NCBI GenBank assembly: GCA_964515925.1 | Contig: CAZEYP010000006.1 | Coordinates: 11,591-75,590, forward strand | DNA: 64,000 bases | Reading direction: 5' to 3' | Source of the DNA: an uncultured Nitrospirota bacterium | Lineage (GTDB): Bacteria > Nitrospirota > Thermodesulfovibrionia > Thermodesulfovibrionales > JdFR-85 | In this document: one piece after another, positions 28,226-36,384 of the stretch | How the letters are laid out: each line of letters opens with the position of its first letter | How positions within the stretch are numbered: the first letter of the stretch is position 1 | Position numbers and translations under genes: made by a program | The notes under the pieces: generated by a model | Database searches by the model: none | What the model was told of the DNA's origin: nothing | Seen by the model: only the letters and a program-made list of their open reading frames with translations

Positions 28226-28237
28226 TATATAAAATTC
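28218..28237. repeat. perfect 20-bp A/T palindrome GAATTTTATATATAAAATTC
   Basis: Read directly; it is self-complementary over 20 of 20 positions. Confidence 0.9.
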
Positions 28238-28240
28238 AAA

Positions 28241-28284
28241 TAACTCAATAAACGCATGAACTCAATTAACGCAATAAACGCAAA
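28241..28284 (+). repeat. 9-bp tandem array (about 5 copies) of the AAC(G/T)CAAT family upstream of tkt
   Basis: TAACTCAAT AAACGCAT GAACTCAAT TAACGCAAT AAACGCAAA, followed by cagGGAGGctttATG (tkt). Confidence 0.85.
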
Positions 28285-28296
28285 CAGGGAGGCTTT

Positions 28297-30282
28297 ATGA
28301 AGATTGACGAAATCTGTATCAATACCATCAGGTTTCTTGCAGTAGATGCTGTGCAGAAGGCAAATTCAGGACATCCTGGCATGCCAATGGGTGATGCAGC
28401 AATGGCATATGTGCTCTGGCATAAGTTCTTAAAACATAATCCCAGGAATCCCCGGTGGTTTAACCGTGATAGATTCGTGCTTTCAGCAGGCCATGGCTCC
28501 ATGTTGCTTTACAGCCTTTTGTACCTCACAGGTTATCCGCTTACACTCAAGGATATAAAAAACTTCCGTCAGTGGGGCTCTAAGACACCAGGGCATCCTG
28601 AGCACGACCCTGATGTGGGAGTAGAAACCACCACAGGACCCCTTGGGCAGGGTTTTTCCACTGGAGTTGGAATGGCAATAGCCGAGAGGTATCTGAGTGA
28701 GTATTTCAACCGTAGAGGGTTCCCTGTGGTTGATTACAACATATACGCCATCTGTAGTGATGGTGACCTGATGGAGGGAGTGGCTTCAGAGGCTGCCTCG
28801 CTTGCAGGACATCTGGGGCTTGGAAAGATTGTATATCTTTATTCAGACAACAGAATTACCATTGAGGGTTCCACAGACCTTGCGTTTACTGAGGATGTTG
28901 AGAAGAGGTTTCTTGCCTATGGCTGGCATGTCCAGAAGGTTGACGGTAATGACCTCAAGGCAATTGAGAAGGCCATAAGGGCAGCAAAGAAAGAGAAGAA
29001 GAGACCCTCACTTATTATTGCACGCACCCATATTGCCTTTGGAAGCCCCAACAAACAGGACACACCTGAGTCGCACGGTGCACCCCTTGGAGAGGAGGAG
29101 ATAAGGCTTACAAAAAAGAATCTTGGATGGCCGACTCGCAAGTTCTATGTGCCTAAGGATGCCCTCAGACACATGAGGAAGGCAGTTCAGAAGGGAAGGG
29201 TAGAGGAAAAGAAATGGAAGGATTTGATGAAGAGATACAAAAAGACCTATCCTGAACTCCATGAAAGGTTTGTTCAGTTTACAGAGGGTCTGCTTCCAGA
29301 TGGCTGGGATAGGGACCTGCCTGCTTTTTCACCAGAGGATGGCCCATTAGCCACCCGCTCAGCATCGGGCAAGGTGCTTAATGTCCTTGCCGAAAGGGTA
29401 GAAAACCTTATAGGTGGTTCTGCTGACCTTGCGCCTTCTAACAATACATATCTGAAGAAGTATCCTGACTTTGGTGTGAAGAAGGCTGGAAGGAACCTTC
29501 ACTTCGGGGTAAGGGAGCATGCAATGGGTGCTGCCCTTAATGGAATGGCGCTTAATGGTGGAGTGATTCCTTACGGTGGAACATTTCTCATCTTTTCTGA
29601 TTATATGCGTCCATCCATCAGGCTTGCTGCAATGATGCGTCAGCATGTGGTCTATGTGTTTACCCACGATTCAATTGGTCTTGGTGAGGATGGCCCAACT
29701 CATCAGCCGGTTGAGCAACTTTCCTCACTTCGTCTGATTCCCAACTTCACCGAGATACGACCTGCTGATGCCAACGAGGCAAGAGAGGCCTGGAGGATAG
29801 CACTTAAGCACAGGAATGGCCCGGTGGCACTTATTCTTACAAGGCAGAAGGTGCCGGTGATTGATAGAAAAAAATACGCATCTGAAAAGGGCATACACAA
29901 AGGTGCATATATACTGGCTGATACAAAGGGTACACCTGATATTATCCTTATAGCCTCTGGCTCTGAGGTTCACCTTGCCCTTGAAGCCTTCGAGGCTTTA
30001 AAAGCAAAGGGTGTGAATGCAAGGGTGGTGAACATGGCATCCTTCAGACTCTTTGAGGAACAGCCACAGTCTTATAAAAACAGGGTGATTCCTCCACAGG
30101 TAACAAAGAGGCTTGCAATAGAAGCAGGTGCCAGCCTCTGCTGGTATAAGTATGTGGGGGCTCAGGGAGATGTAATAGGTGTTGACCGTTTCGGAGCCTC
30201 TGCGCCATACAGGGTGATATTTGAAAAATACGGCTTTACCGTGGAAAATGTGATAAAGAGGGCATTGAAGTTGCTTGGGTAG
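28297..30282 (+). CDS. tkt: transketolase
   Basis: 661 aa with [10 protein letters not shown] and the ThDP motif GDGDLMEGV. Confidence 0.92.
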   Translation: MKIDEICINTIRFLAVDAVQKANSGHPGMPMGDAAMAYVLWHKFLKHNPRNPRWFNRDRFVLSAGHGSMLLYSLLYLTGYPLTLKDIKNFRQWGSKTPGHPEHDPDVGVETTTGPLGQGFSTGVGMAIAERYLSEYFNRRGFPVVDYNIYAICSDGDLMEGVASEAASLAGHLGLGKIVYLYSDNRITIEGSTDLAFTEDVEKRFLAYGWHVQKVDGNDLKAIEKAIRAAKKEKKRPSLIIARTHIAFGSPNKQDTPESHGAPLGEEEIRLTKKNLGWPTRKFYVPKDALRHMRKAVQKGRVEEKKWKDLMKRYKKTYPELHERFVQFTEGLLPDGWDRDLPAFSPEDGPLATRSASGKVLNVLAERVENLIGGSADLAPSNNTYLKKYPDFGVKKAGRNLHFGVREHAMGAALNGMALNGGVIPYGGTFLIFSDYMRPSIRLAAMMRQHVVYVFTHDSIGLGEDGPTHQPVEQLSSLRLIPNFTEIRPADANEAREAWRIALKHRNGPVALILTRQKVPVIDRKKYASEKGIHKGAYILADTKGTPDIILIASGSEVHLALEAFEALKAKGVNARVVNMASFRLFEEQPQSYKNRVIPPQVTKRLAIEAGASLCWYKYVGAQGDVIGVDRFGASAPYRVIFEKYGFTVENVIKRALKLLG

Positions 30283-30285
30283 GCA

Positions 30286-31149
30286 TCAGGCATTAACAAT
30301 CAGCACAAGCCCTGAAAACATGAGCATCGCTCCAAGGAGTCGCTGAAGCACATTTTTCTCTCCAAAAAACAGAAATCCATATAGAGAGCCTATAAGCAGG
30401 CTCGTTCTTTTAAGGGATATCATGTAGGAGACCTTTGCCACCTCGATGGCAAACATATGGGTTACTATCATAAGTCCAAAGAAAACTCCGGGGATGATAA
30501 CCCCCTTGTAGTCTTTGCAGACCGTATCTTTGAGCGAGTGTCGTGTCCTTACATAGACCACAGGGGTGAGCACAAGGGTGACGGCAAAAAAATAGGTGGT
30601 GCCAAAAAAAAGCGGAGATGAGTGCTTGACTCCTATCTTACCAAGTGTTGAGGTGATGCTATAGATGAAGGCCACTACTATCATATAGACCGAGCCCTTT
30701 TCCCTGAATATGGCTCTCAGTGGTTCAAAGAGACCCTTTCTTATGCTTCTGAGATGAAGTGTGTAACTTCCTGCTACGATTAAAAAGATCCCCACTGTTC
30801 CAACAAGACTGACCCTTTCACCAATGAGTATCCTTGATGTGAAAATCAAGAAAAGGGGAGTCAGTGAAAGGAAGGGCAGAGTCAGACTCATTGGAGAAAG
30901 ACGTAATGCCTTAACATAAAGTATAAGGGCTGTTATCTCCAGTGGAATGGCAGATAAGAAGGCTGCCCAGAAGGTGCTGTCTGTTTCAGTGGAACGCACA
31001 AAGGGAAAAAGCACCACAAGCAGCGGAAGACAAAACAGCAGTCTTAACCAGGCAACCACAAGCTCGTTTTCCCTTTTGAGCACCTTTTTTGTCAGTGCAT
31101 CAGAGGTGGCAAGAGAAAAGGCAGAAATTAATGTTAACCATATCCACAT
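30286..31149 (-). CDS. EamA/DMT-superfamily transporter
   Basis: 287 aa with 10 predicted TM segments in two EamA-like halves. Confidence 0.7.
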   Translation of the reverse strand: MWIWLTLISAFSLATSDALTKKVLKRENELVVAWLRLLFCLPLLVVLFPFVRSTETDSTFWAAFLSAIPLEITALILYVKALRLSPMSLTLPFLSLTPLFLIFTSRILIGERVSLVGTVGIFLIVAGSYTLHLRSIRKGLFEPLRAIFREKGSVYMIVVAFIYSITSTLGKIGVKHSSPLFFGTTYFFAVTLVLTPVVYVRTRHSLKDTVCKDYKGVIIPGVFFGLMIVTHMFAIEVAKVSYMISLKRTSLLIGSLYGFLFFGEKNVLQRLLGAMLMFSGLVLIVNA

Positions 31150-31156
31150 GTATTCT

Positions 31157-31184
31157 AAATCCGAAATCTAAAATCCTAAATTTA
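31157..31184 (-). repeat. heptamer array (NNGATTT on the minus strand; AAATCNN x4 on plus) abutting the EamA gene start
   Basis: aaatccg aaatcta aaatcct aaattta on the plus strand, which is the sense orientation for the minus-strand gene starting at 31149. Confidence 0.8.
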
Positions 31185-31390
31185 TCATCTTCCTTTTGCC
31201 AATACACTAATAACCAATATACCAAATATACTAACTCCCTCTAACCCTTTAATATAGAAGTAAACATGCTGATTGTCTTATGTTTTAAATTGCAGATATA
31301 GTAATATGATAGAATAATCTACAAATTATTTATAAGTGAAACTCTCTGACAGCCCAGATAACATGGCAGAACAATACGAAGGAGACGAAT

Positions 31391-32920
31391 ATGGGAAAGG
31401 TCTATTTTATAGGAGCAGGTCCAGGGGACCCTGAGCTTATCACCATCAAAGGACGAAGAATACTTGATGAGGCTCAGGTGGTTATTTACGCTGGAAGCCT
31501 TGTTAACCCTGCGCTGCTTGATGGTCTGAAGGCAGATATATACAACTCTGCCAGCATGAGTCTTGAAGAGATAATTGAGGTAATGAAGAAGGCGGTTAAG
31601 GAAGGTAAGACCGTAGCCCGACTTCATACAGGAGATACCACCTTCTACAGTGCCATAACAGAGCAGATAGATGAGTTGAAAAGACTTGAAATAGATTATG
31701 AGATTGTCCCTGGTGTGACATCAGCCGCCGCAGCCACGGCAGCGCTGGGACAGGAACTCACCATACCAGAGATAAGCCAGACCGTTATATTTACCCGTCA
31801 GGCTGGAAGAACCCCTGTGCCAGAGAGGGAACGATTAAGCTCCCTTGCAACCCATCAGACCTCGATGGTTATATTTCTTAGTGTATCCATGATTGATAAG
31901 GTTGTTGAGGAACTAAGAGAGGGAGGGTATCCAGAAGACATCCCGGTGGCAGTTATCTATAAGGCATCCTGGCCTGAACAAAAGGTTATAAGAGGCACTC
32001 TGGATAATATAGTAACTAAGGTAAAGTCTGAAGGTATAAACAGGACGGCCATCATCCTGGTTGGAGAGGCACTGAGAGCATCTGAAACTGAACTTGGCAA
32101 AAGGTCCAGGCTTTATCACAGCCAATTCCAGCATGGTTGTAGAAGCTCTCATGGCAAAAACAGAAAGGGTAAGCTCTGGATTGTGGGCATTGGGCCTGGT
32201 GCCCTTGAGCATATAACTCCAAAGGCACGTAATGCGCTGCAGAGTGCAGACCTGGTGGTTGGTTATACAAAATACCTTGACCTTATAAGGGAGATGATAA
32301 AGGGAAAAGAGGTTTTTGAAACAGGTATGACCAGGGAGATCGACCGTTGCAGACAGGCCATAGAAGAGACGATAAAAGGAAAGAGTGTTGCCCTCGTCTG
32401 TAGTGGTGACCCGGGTGTGTACGCAATGGCAGGGCTTGTATATGAGATTCTGAAGGCTGAAAACAGGGGGATTGATGTGGAGGTTGTCCCGGGCATACCA
32501 GCGCTTTCTGCCTGTGCCTCTGTGCTTGGTGCTCCACTTATGCATGATTTTGCCTCCATAAGTCTTTCTGACCGTTTGACACCATGGGAGGTAATAGAGC
32601 AGAGACTTCATGCTGCAGCCTCATCCGACTTTGTTATTGTGATTTACAATCCAAGAAGCAGGGGACGGAAAGAGCATCTGAGGCGTGCAGTGCAGATTAT
32701 ATCCTCTTACAGGCATTCAGATACACCTGTTGGTGTGGTAAAGGCGGCTACAAGACAGGGTGAGGAATGGTTCATTACCACCCTTTCAGAGGTGCCCTAT
32801 GAAAAGGTAGATATGAATACCACCCTGATAATTGGTAACAGCAGTACCTATATCTGGCAACACAGAATGATTACTCCCAGGGGTTATGAAGAGAAATACG
32901 ACCTGAAGACATCTAATTAA
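31391..32920 (+). CDS. fused precorrin/cobalt-precorrin-4 C11-methyltransferase (CbiF/CobM) and precorrin-3B C17-methyltransferase (CbiH/CobJ)
   Basis: 509 aa. The N-terminal half starts MGKVYFIGAGPGDPELITIKG. The second half starts KLWIVGIGPGALEHITPKA..VCSGDPGVYAMAG. Both are class III SAM methyltransferase folds. Confidence 0.8.
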   Translation: MGKVYFIGAGPGDPELITIKGRRILDEAQVVIYAGSLVNPALLDGLKADIYNSASMSLEEIIEVMKKAVKEGKTVARLHTGDTTFYSAITEQIDELKRLEIDYEIVPGVTSAAAATAALGQELTIPEISQTVIFTRQAGRTPVPERERLSSLATHQTSMVIFLSVSMIDKVVEELREGGYPEDIPVAVIYKASWPEQKVIRGTLDNIVTKVKSEGINRTAIILVGEALRASETELGKRSRLYHSQFQHGCRSSHGKNRKGKLWIVGIGPGALEHITPKARNALQSADLVVGYTKYLDLIREMIKGKEVFETGMTREIDRCRQAIEETIKGKSVALVCSGDPGVYAMAGLVYEILKAENRGIDVEVVPGIPALSACASVLGAPLMHDFASISLSDRLTPWEVIEQRLHAAASSDFVIVIYNPRSRGRKEHLRRAVQIISSYRHSDTPVGVVKAATRQGEEWFITTLSEVPYEKVDMNTTLIIGNSSTYIWQHRMITPRGYEEKYDLKTSN

Positions 32921-33061
32921 GAGCCTGAAATGCTATCCTGTTTAGCTGAAAAAGGTTCTTTTTTTGATACATTGAAGGTCATCCTTTCCTCAGACTCCAG
33001 ATAATGATTTAAATGATTACAGGAATACCTTGATTGTTAAGGGGGATCTCCCAACTTCCGA

Positions 33062-33163
33062 CGTTAGAAATCGTTAGAAATAGAAATACTCGTTAGAAAT
33101 ACGTTAGAAATAGCCGCGTAAGAAATAGACATTAGAAATAGAAAGTTAGAAAATTATAGAAAA
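33062..33163 (+). repeat. array of about 8 (C)GTTAGAAAT-type units at 10-15 bp spacing
   Basis: cgttagaaat x2 adjacent, then cgttagaaat, cgttagaaat, cgtaagaaat, ttagaaat, gttagaaaa and tagaaaa. Confidence 0.85.
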
Positions 33164-33170
33164 TTAGTGA

Positions 33171-33211
33171 CTGTTGACACCTGTTGACAGTTATGTTGAC
33201 GGTCTGTTGAC
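33171..33211 (+). repeat. four (C/A)TGTTGAC units at 10-13 bp spacing
   Basis: ctgttgac (33171), ctgttgac (33181), atgttgac (33193) and ctgttgac (33204). Confidence 0.85.
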
Positions 33212-33263
33212 GGTAATTTTAAGGGGTTTGGAGAGATAACTTATTGATTTTAAAGAAAACATC

Positions 33264-33341
33264 TGGCGGGGTGGACGGGACTCGAACCCGCGACCTCCGG
33301 CGTGACAGGCCGGCGTTCTAACCGTGCTGAACTACCACCCC
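33264..33341 (-). tRNA. tRNA-Asp (anticodon GTC), CCA encoded
   Basis: The reverse complement GGGGTGGTAGTTCAGCACGGTTAGAACGCCGGCCTGTCACGCCGGAGGTCGCGGGTTCGAGTCCCGTCCACCCCGCCA folds into a cloverleaf with a 7-bp acceptor stem, anticodon loop CTGTCAC and a TTCGAGT T-loop. Confidence 0.93.
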
Positions 33342-33356
33342 AAAAACTGATTTATA

Positions 33357-33386
33357 ATTCTAAAGTTTTAGTGAAGATTCTGTCAA
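33357..33386 (-). promoter_or_regulatory. candidate sigma-70 promoter for tRNA-Asp (TTGACA-18-TAGAAT)
   Basis: On the minus strand, TTGACA (33386..33381) is followed by an 18-nt spacer and TAGAAT (33362..33357), about 15 nt before the tRNA 5' end. Confidence 0.35.
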
Positions 33387-33605
33387 GCCCGCAAGATTAA
33401 AATGACCCTTGCAGAAGGGGCACGACCTTTGGACGGATAACTACACTTGTGTTGGTTAAATTTGAAAAAGTGTCCACTTTTAAAGTTTAAATGACAGGGA
33501 ATGCCGGACATTTGACAACTAACATCGCGTTTTATTAAAATTAACATTCCAGAAGTGTTATTATGACCATTGGTCAACGGAACCTATTTGTCAGGAGGTG
33601 AGTAG

Positions 33606-33842
33606 TTGGTAAAGATACGGTTAACAAGAATGGGTGCTCGAAACAGACCTTTTTACAGGGTAGTGGTAGCAGACTCTAAGGCAAGGAGAGACGGACCATT
33701 TATTGAGATTGTGGGGTACTATGATCCAAAAAAAGAGCCATCCGAGATAAAGATTGATGCCGAAAAGGTAAAATACTGGATAGAGCGCGGAGCACAACCA
33801 ACCGATTCGGTCAAAAGGCTATTACAGAGGGCTGGCCTGTAG
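33606..33842 (+). CDS. rpsP: 30S ribosomal protein S16
   Basis: The TTG start is preceded by AGGAGG. The product reads [24 protein letters not shown]. Confidence 0.92.
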   Translation: MVKIRLTRMGARNRPFYRVVVADSKARRDGPFIEIVGYYDPKKEPSEIKIDAEKVKYWIERGAQPTDSVKRLLQRAGL

Positions 33843-33875
33843 GCAGCCGAAATAACCTAATGGAGGTGGTTAAAC

Positions 33876-34106
33876 ATGAAAGAATTGGTGGAGACGATGG
33901 CTAAGGCTCTGGTTGACAGACCAGAAGAGGTGAATGTGAAAGAGGTTGATGGTGAAAGGACTACGGTTTTTGAACTGAGAGTTGCTCCAAGTGACCTCGG
34001 AAAGGTTATCGGTAAGCAGGGTAAAACTGCAAGGGCAATGCGTACTATTTTGTCTGCTGCAGGCACAAAAATCGGTAAACGCTGTGTCCTTGAAATCTTA
34101 GAATAA
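33876..34106 (+). CDS. KH domain RNA-binding protein (YlqC family)
   Basis: 76 aa with the motif [18 protein letters not shown]. It occupies the conserved position between rpsP and rimM. Confidence 0.85.
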   Translation: MKELVETMAKALVDRPEEVNVKEVDGERTTVFELRVAPSDLGKVIGKQGKTARAMRTILSAAGTKIGKRCVLEILE

Positions 34107-34124
34107 TAATTTAAAAAGATAAAG

Positions 34125-34173
34125 GCCCGGGGATATGAGATAGCAATATCTATGTTCCCGGGCTTTTTATTTT
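34125..34173 (+). terminator. intrinsic terminator / attenuator hairpin inside the rpsP-rplS gene string
   Basis: The GCCCGGG...CCCGGGC outer stem has an inner GATAT/ATATC stem and is followed by TTTTTATTTT. Confidence 0.65.
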
Positions 34174-34181
34174 AGTGAGAA

Positions 34182-34679
34182 ATGGTAGTAATAGGAAAAA
34201 TACTTTCTTCCTGGGGAGTTAAAGGAGAGGCAAAGGTTTTACCACTTACATATAGTACTAACAGATTTGGAGAGATTGAGCAGGTATATCTCTCTGGAGT
34301 TGAGGGCTACCGAGCGTTAACCATTGAGCACTACAGAGATGCTGGTAGATACATTATCATAAAATTTCGTGAACTCTCCACTCCTGAAGATGTAAAGAAG
34401 ATTCAGGGAAGGGAACTCCTGATTAAAGAAGAACAGTCACCACCTTTGCCTGAAGGTGTATATTACCATTACCAGATAATAGGACTTGATGTTTTTACAG
34501 ACGAGGAAGAGTACATTGGCAGGATAACAGATATAATTGAAACAGGCAGTAACGATGTCTATGTGGTTACAGGTAAAAAGGAGGTGCTTATACCCGCAAT
34601 TGAGGATGTGGTACTCAAAATAGACATTGAAAACAAAAAGATGATCATCCATCCTGTTGAGGGGCTGTTGGATTTATGA
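34182..34679 (+). CDS. rimM: 16S rRNA processing protein RimM
   Basis: 165 aa. [18 protein letters not shown], plus a PRC barrel C-terminus. It lies upstream of trmD. Confidence 0.88.
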   Translation: MVVIGKILSSWGVKGEAKVLPLTYSTNRFGEIEQVYLSGVEGYRALTIEHYRDAGRYIIIKFRELSTPEDVKKIQGRELLIKEEQSPPLPEGVYYHYQIIGLDVFTDEEEYIGRITDIIETGSNDVYVVTGKKEVLIPAIEDVVLKIDIENKKMIIHPVEGLLDL

Positions 34680-35422
34680 TGCGCTTTGATGTTCTTACCA
34701 TTTTTCCGGAGATAATCGAGTCCTATATATCGGTTAGTATTATAAAGAGGGCGATACAGAGAGGTGTTATTGAGGTCAGGGTTCATAATATAAGGGATTA
34801 CACTACAGATAAACACAGACAGGTTGACGATTACCCCTATGGTGGAGGCGCTGGTATGGTTTTTAAACCAGAGCCGCTATTCAACGCAATTGAGACTCTG
34901 ATGAAGGATGGAATAAAAAGACACAGGATACTTACCTCACCAGGGGGAAGGGTATTTAATCAGGATGTGGCAAAGGAGTTTGCTAAACAACATAGTGCCA
35001 TAATGATAATTTGTGGAAGGTATGAAGGGGTAGATGAGAGAGTTAAGGTACTGGTAGATGAAGAGGTATCTATAGGTGATTATGTACTGACTGGCGGAGA
35101 ACTGGCCTCTTTGGTTATAATAGATGCTGTTTCCCGTCTGGTGCCCGGTGTGCTTGGTGATGAGTGCTCGGCTGAGGAGGAGTCTTTCATTACAGGATTG
35201 CTTGAGTACCCTCAGTACACGAGGCCATCTGAATTTAAGGGAATGAAGGTGCCAGATGTATTGCTTGCAGGGAATCATCAGGAGATAAAAAGATGGCGGA
35301 GAAAGGAGGCACTGAGGCGTACGCTGAAACAGCGGCCTGATCTGTTAGAAGGTGCAAAACTAACTGATGAAGATAAAATTCTTTTAGAAGAAATCAAGGA
35401 GGAAGAAGGATGGATGCAATAA
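34676..35422 (+). CDS. trmD: tRNA (guanine37-N1)-methyltransferase
   Basis: 248 aa. [11 protein letters not shown]...[11 protein letters not shown]...[10 protein letters not shown]. Confidence 0.92.
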   Translation: MMRFDVLTIFPEIIESYISVSIIKRAIQRGVIEVRVHNIRDYTTDKHRQVDDYPYGGGAGMVFKPEPLFNAIETLMKDGIKRHRILTSPGGRVFNQDVAKEFAKQHSAIMIICGRYEGVDERVKVLVDEEVSIGDYVLTGGELASLVIIDAVSRLVPGVLGDECSAEEESFITGLLEYPQYTRPSEFKGMKVPDVLLAGNHQEIKRWRRKEALRRTLKQRPDLLEGAKLTDEDKILLEEIKEEEGWMQ

Positions 35423-35766
35423 GGGCAGTAGAGGAACAATACAAGAGAGAGGTTCCAGATTTCAGGATTGGCGATACTGTGAGGGTGCATGTGAGGGTTG
35501 TTGAAGGTGATAAGGAAAGGATACAGCCCTTCGAAGGTGTGGTTATCGCAAGAAAGGGAAGTGGCATTAAAGAGACCTTTATGGTGAGAAAGGTTTCCTA
35601 TGGTATCGGGGTTGAGAGAATCTTTCCTGTTCACTCACCTGTTATTGAAAAGCTGCAGGTAATAAGACACGGTGATGTGAGACGGGCAAAACTCTATTAT
35701 CTGAGGCACAAAAAGGGTAAGGCTGCCAAAGTCAAAGAAAAAGACATGTTTCAGAAGAAGCAGTAG
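35410..35766 (+). CDS. rplS: 50S ribosomal protein L19
   Basis: 118 aa. [35 protein letters not shown]. Confidence 0.92.
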   Translation: MDAIRAVEEQYKREVPDFRIGDTVRVHVRVVEGDKERIQPFEGVVIARKGSGIKETFMVRKVSYGIGVERIFPVHSPVIEKLQVIRHGDVRRAKLYYLRHKKGKAAKVKEKDMFQKKQ

Positions 35767-35769
35767 TGC

Positions 35770-36384
35770 ATGTCTGAGGATATATTTGCCTTTGATGAAG
35801 AAATAAGAGGGAAAGAGGGAAGGCTGCTTGCCGGTCTGGATGAGGCTGGCAGGGGGCCTCTGGCTGGTCCTGTTGTTGCTGCAGCAGTTGTATTTCCACA
35901 GGGTGTTTATCTTTCTGGATTAAAGGATTCCAAAAGGCTAACCGCTTTACAACGAGAAAGGCTTTATCAGGAGATTATTGAAAGGGCTACCACAGTTGGT
36001 GTTGGAGTAGTTGCCCCCGATGATATAGACCGATTAAATATTTATCAGGCAACAAGAGAGGCAATGATGAGGGCGATTGAGAAGCTTGAGGTTGAGCCTG
36101 ATGTGCTGGTGATTGATGCCATGAAGCTACCGTTGGATATCAAACAGTATGTGTTTACCAGAGCAGAAGACAGAAGTGCCTCTGTTGCTGCTTCATCGGT
36201 GATTGCTAAGGTGACCAGGGATAGAATAATGCTTCAGTACCACGATAAATACCCGGAGTATGGCTTTGACCGACATAAGGGATATGCTACTAAAGAACAC
36301 TTAGAGGTTCTAAAAAAGCTTGGGCCTTCGCCTATCCATAGACGCAGTTTTTCACCTGTTTCTTCACTGAAGCTACCCTTTTAG
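35770..36384 (+). CDS. rnhB: ribonuclease HII
   Basis: 204 aa. AGLDEAGRGPLAGPVVAAAV...DSKRLT... Confidence 0.9.
   Translation: MSEDIFAFDEEIRGKEGRLLAGLDEAGRGPLAGPVVAAAVVFPQGVYLSGLKDSKRLTALQRERLYQEIIERATTVGVGVVAPDDIDRLNIYQATREAMMRAIEKLEVEPDVLVIDAMKLPLDIKQYVFTRAEDRSASVAASSVIAKVTRDRIMLQYHDKYPEYGFDRHKGYATKEHLEVLKKLGPSPIHRRSFSPVSSLKLPF

Noticed and set aside
31150-31390. Cobalamin riboswitch upstream of the cbiF-cbiH fusion
   Set aside because: I looked for B12-box or GCCACTG-like conserved elements and found none by eye. A covariance-model scan is needed to be sure.
33342-33605. SRP (4.5S) RNA or another ncRNA in the 260-nt spacer before rpsP, where ffh/ffs context is common
   Set aside because: No GGAA/AGCA symmetric-loop hairpin typical of 4.5S RNA was found, only small A/T hairpins.
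36381-36384. Convergent rnhB/ftsK stop codons overlapping (TTAG) with no terminator between them
   Set aside because: This is real but common in compact genomes and not informative on its own.
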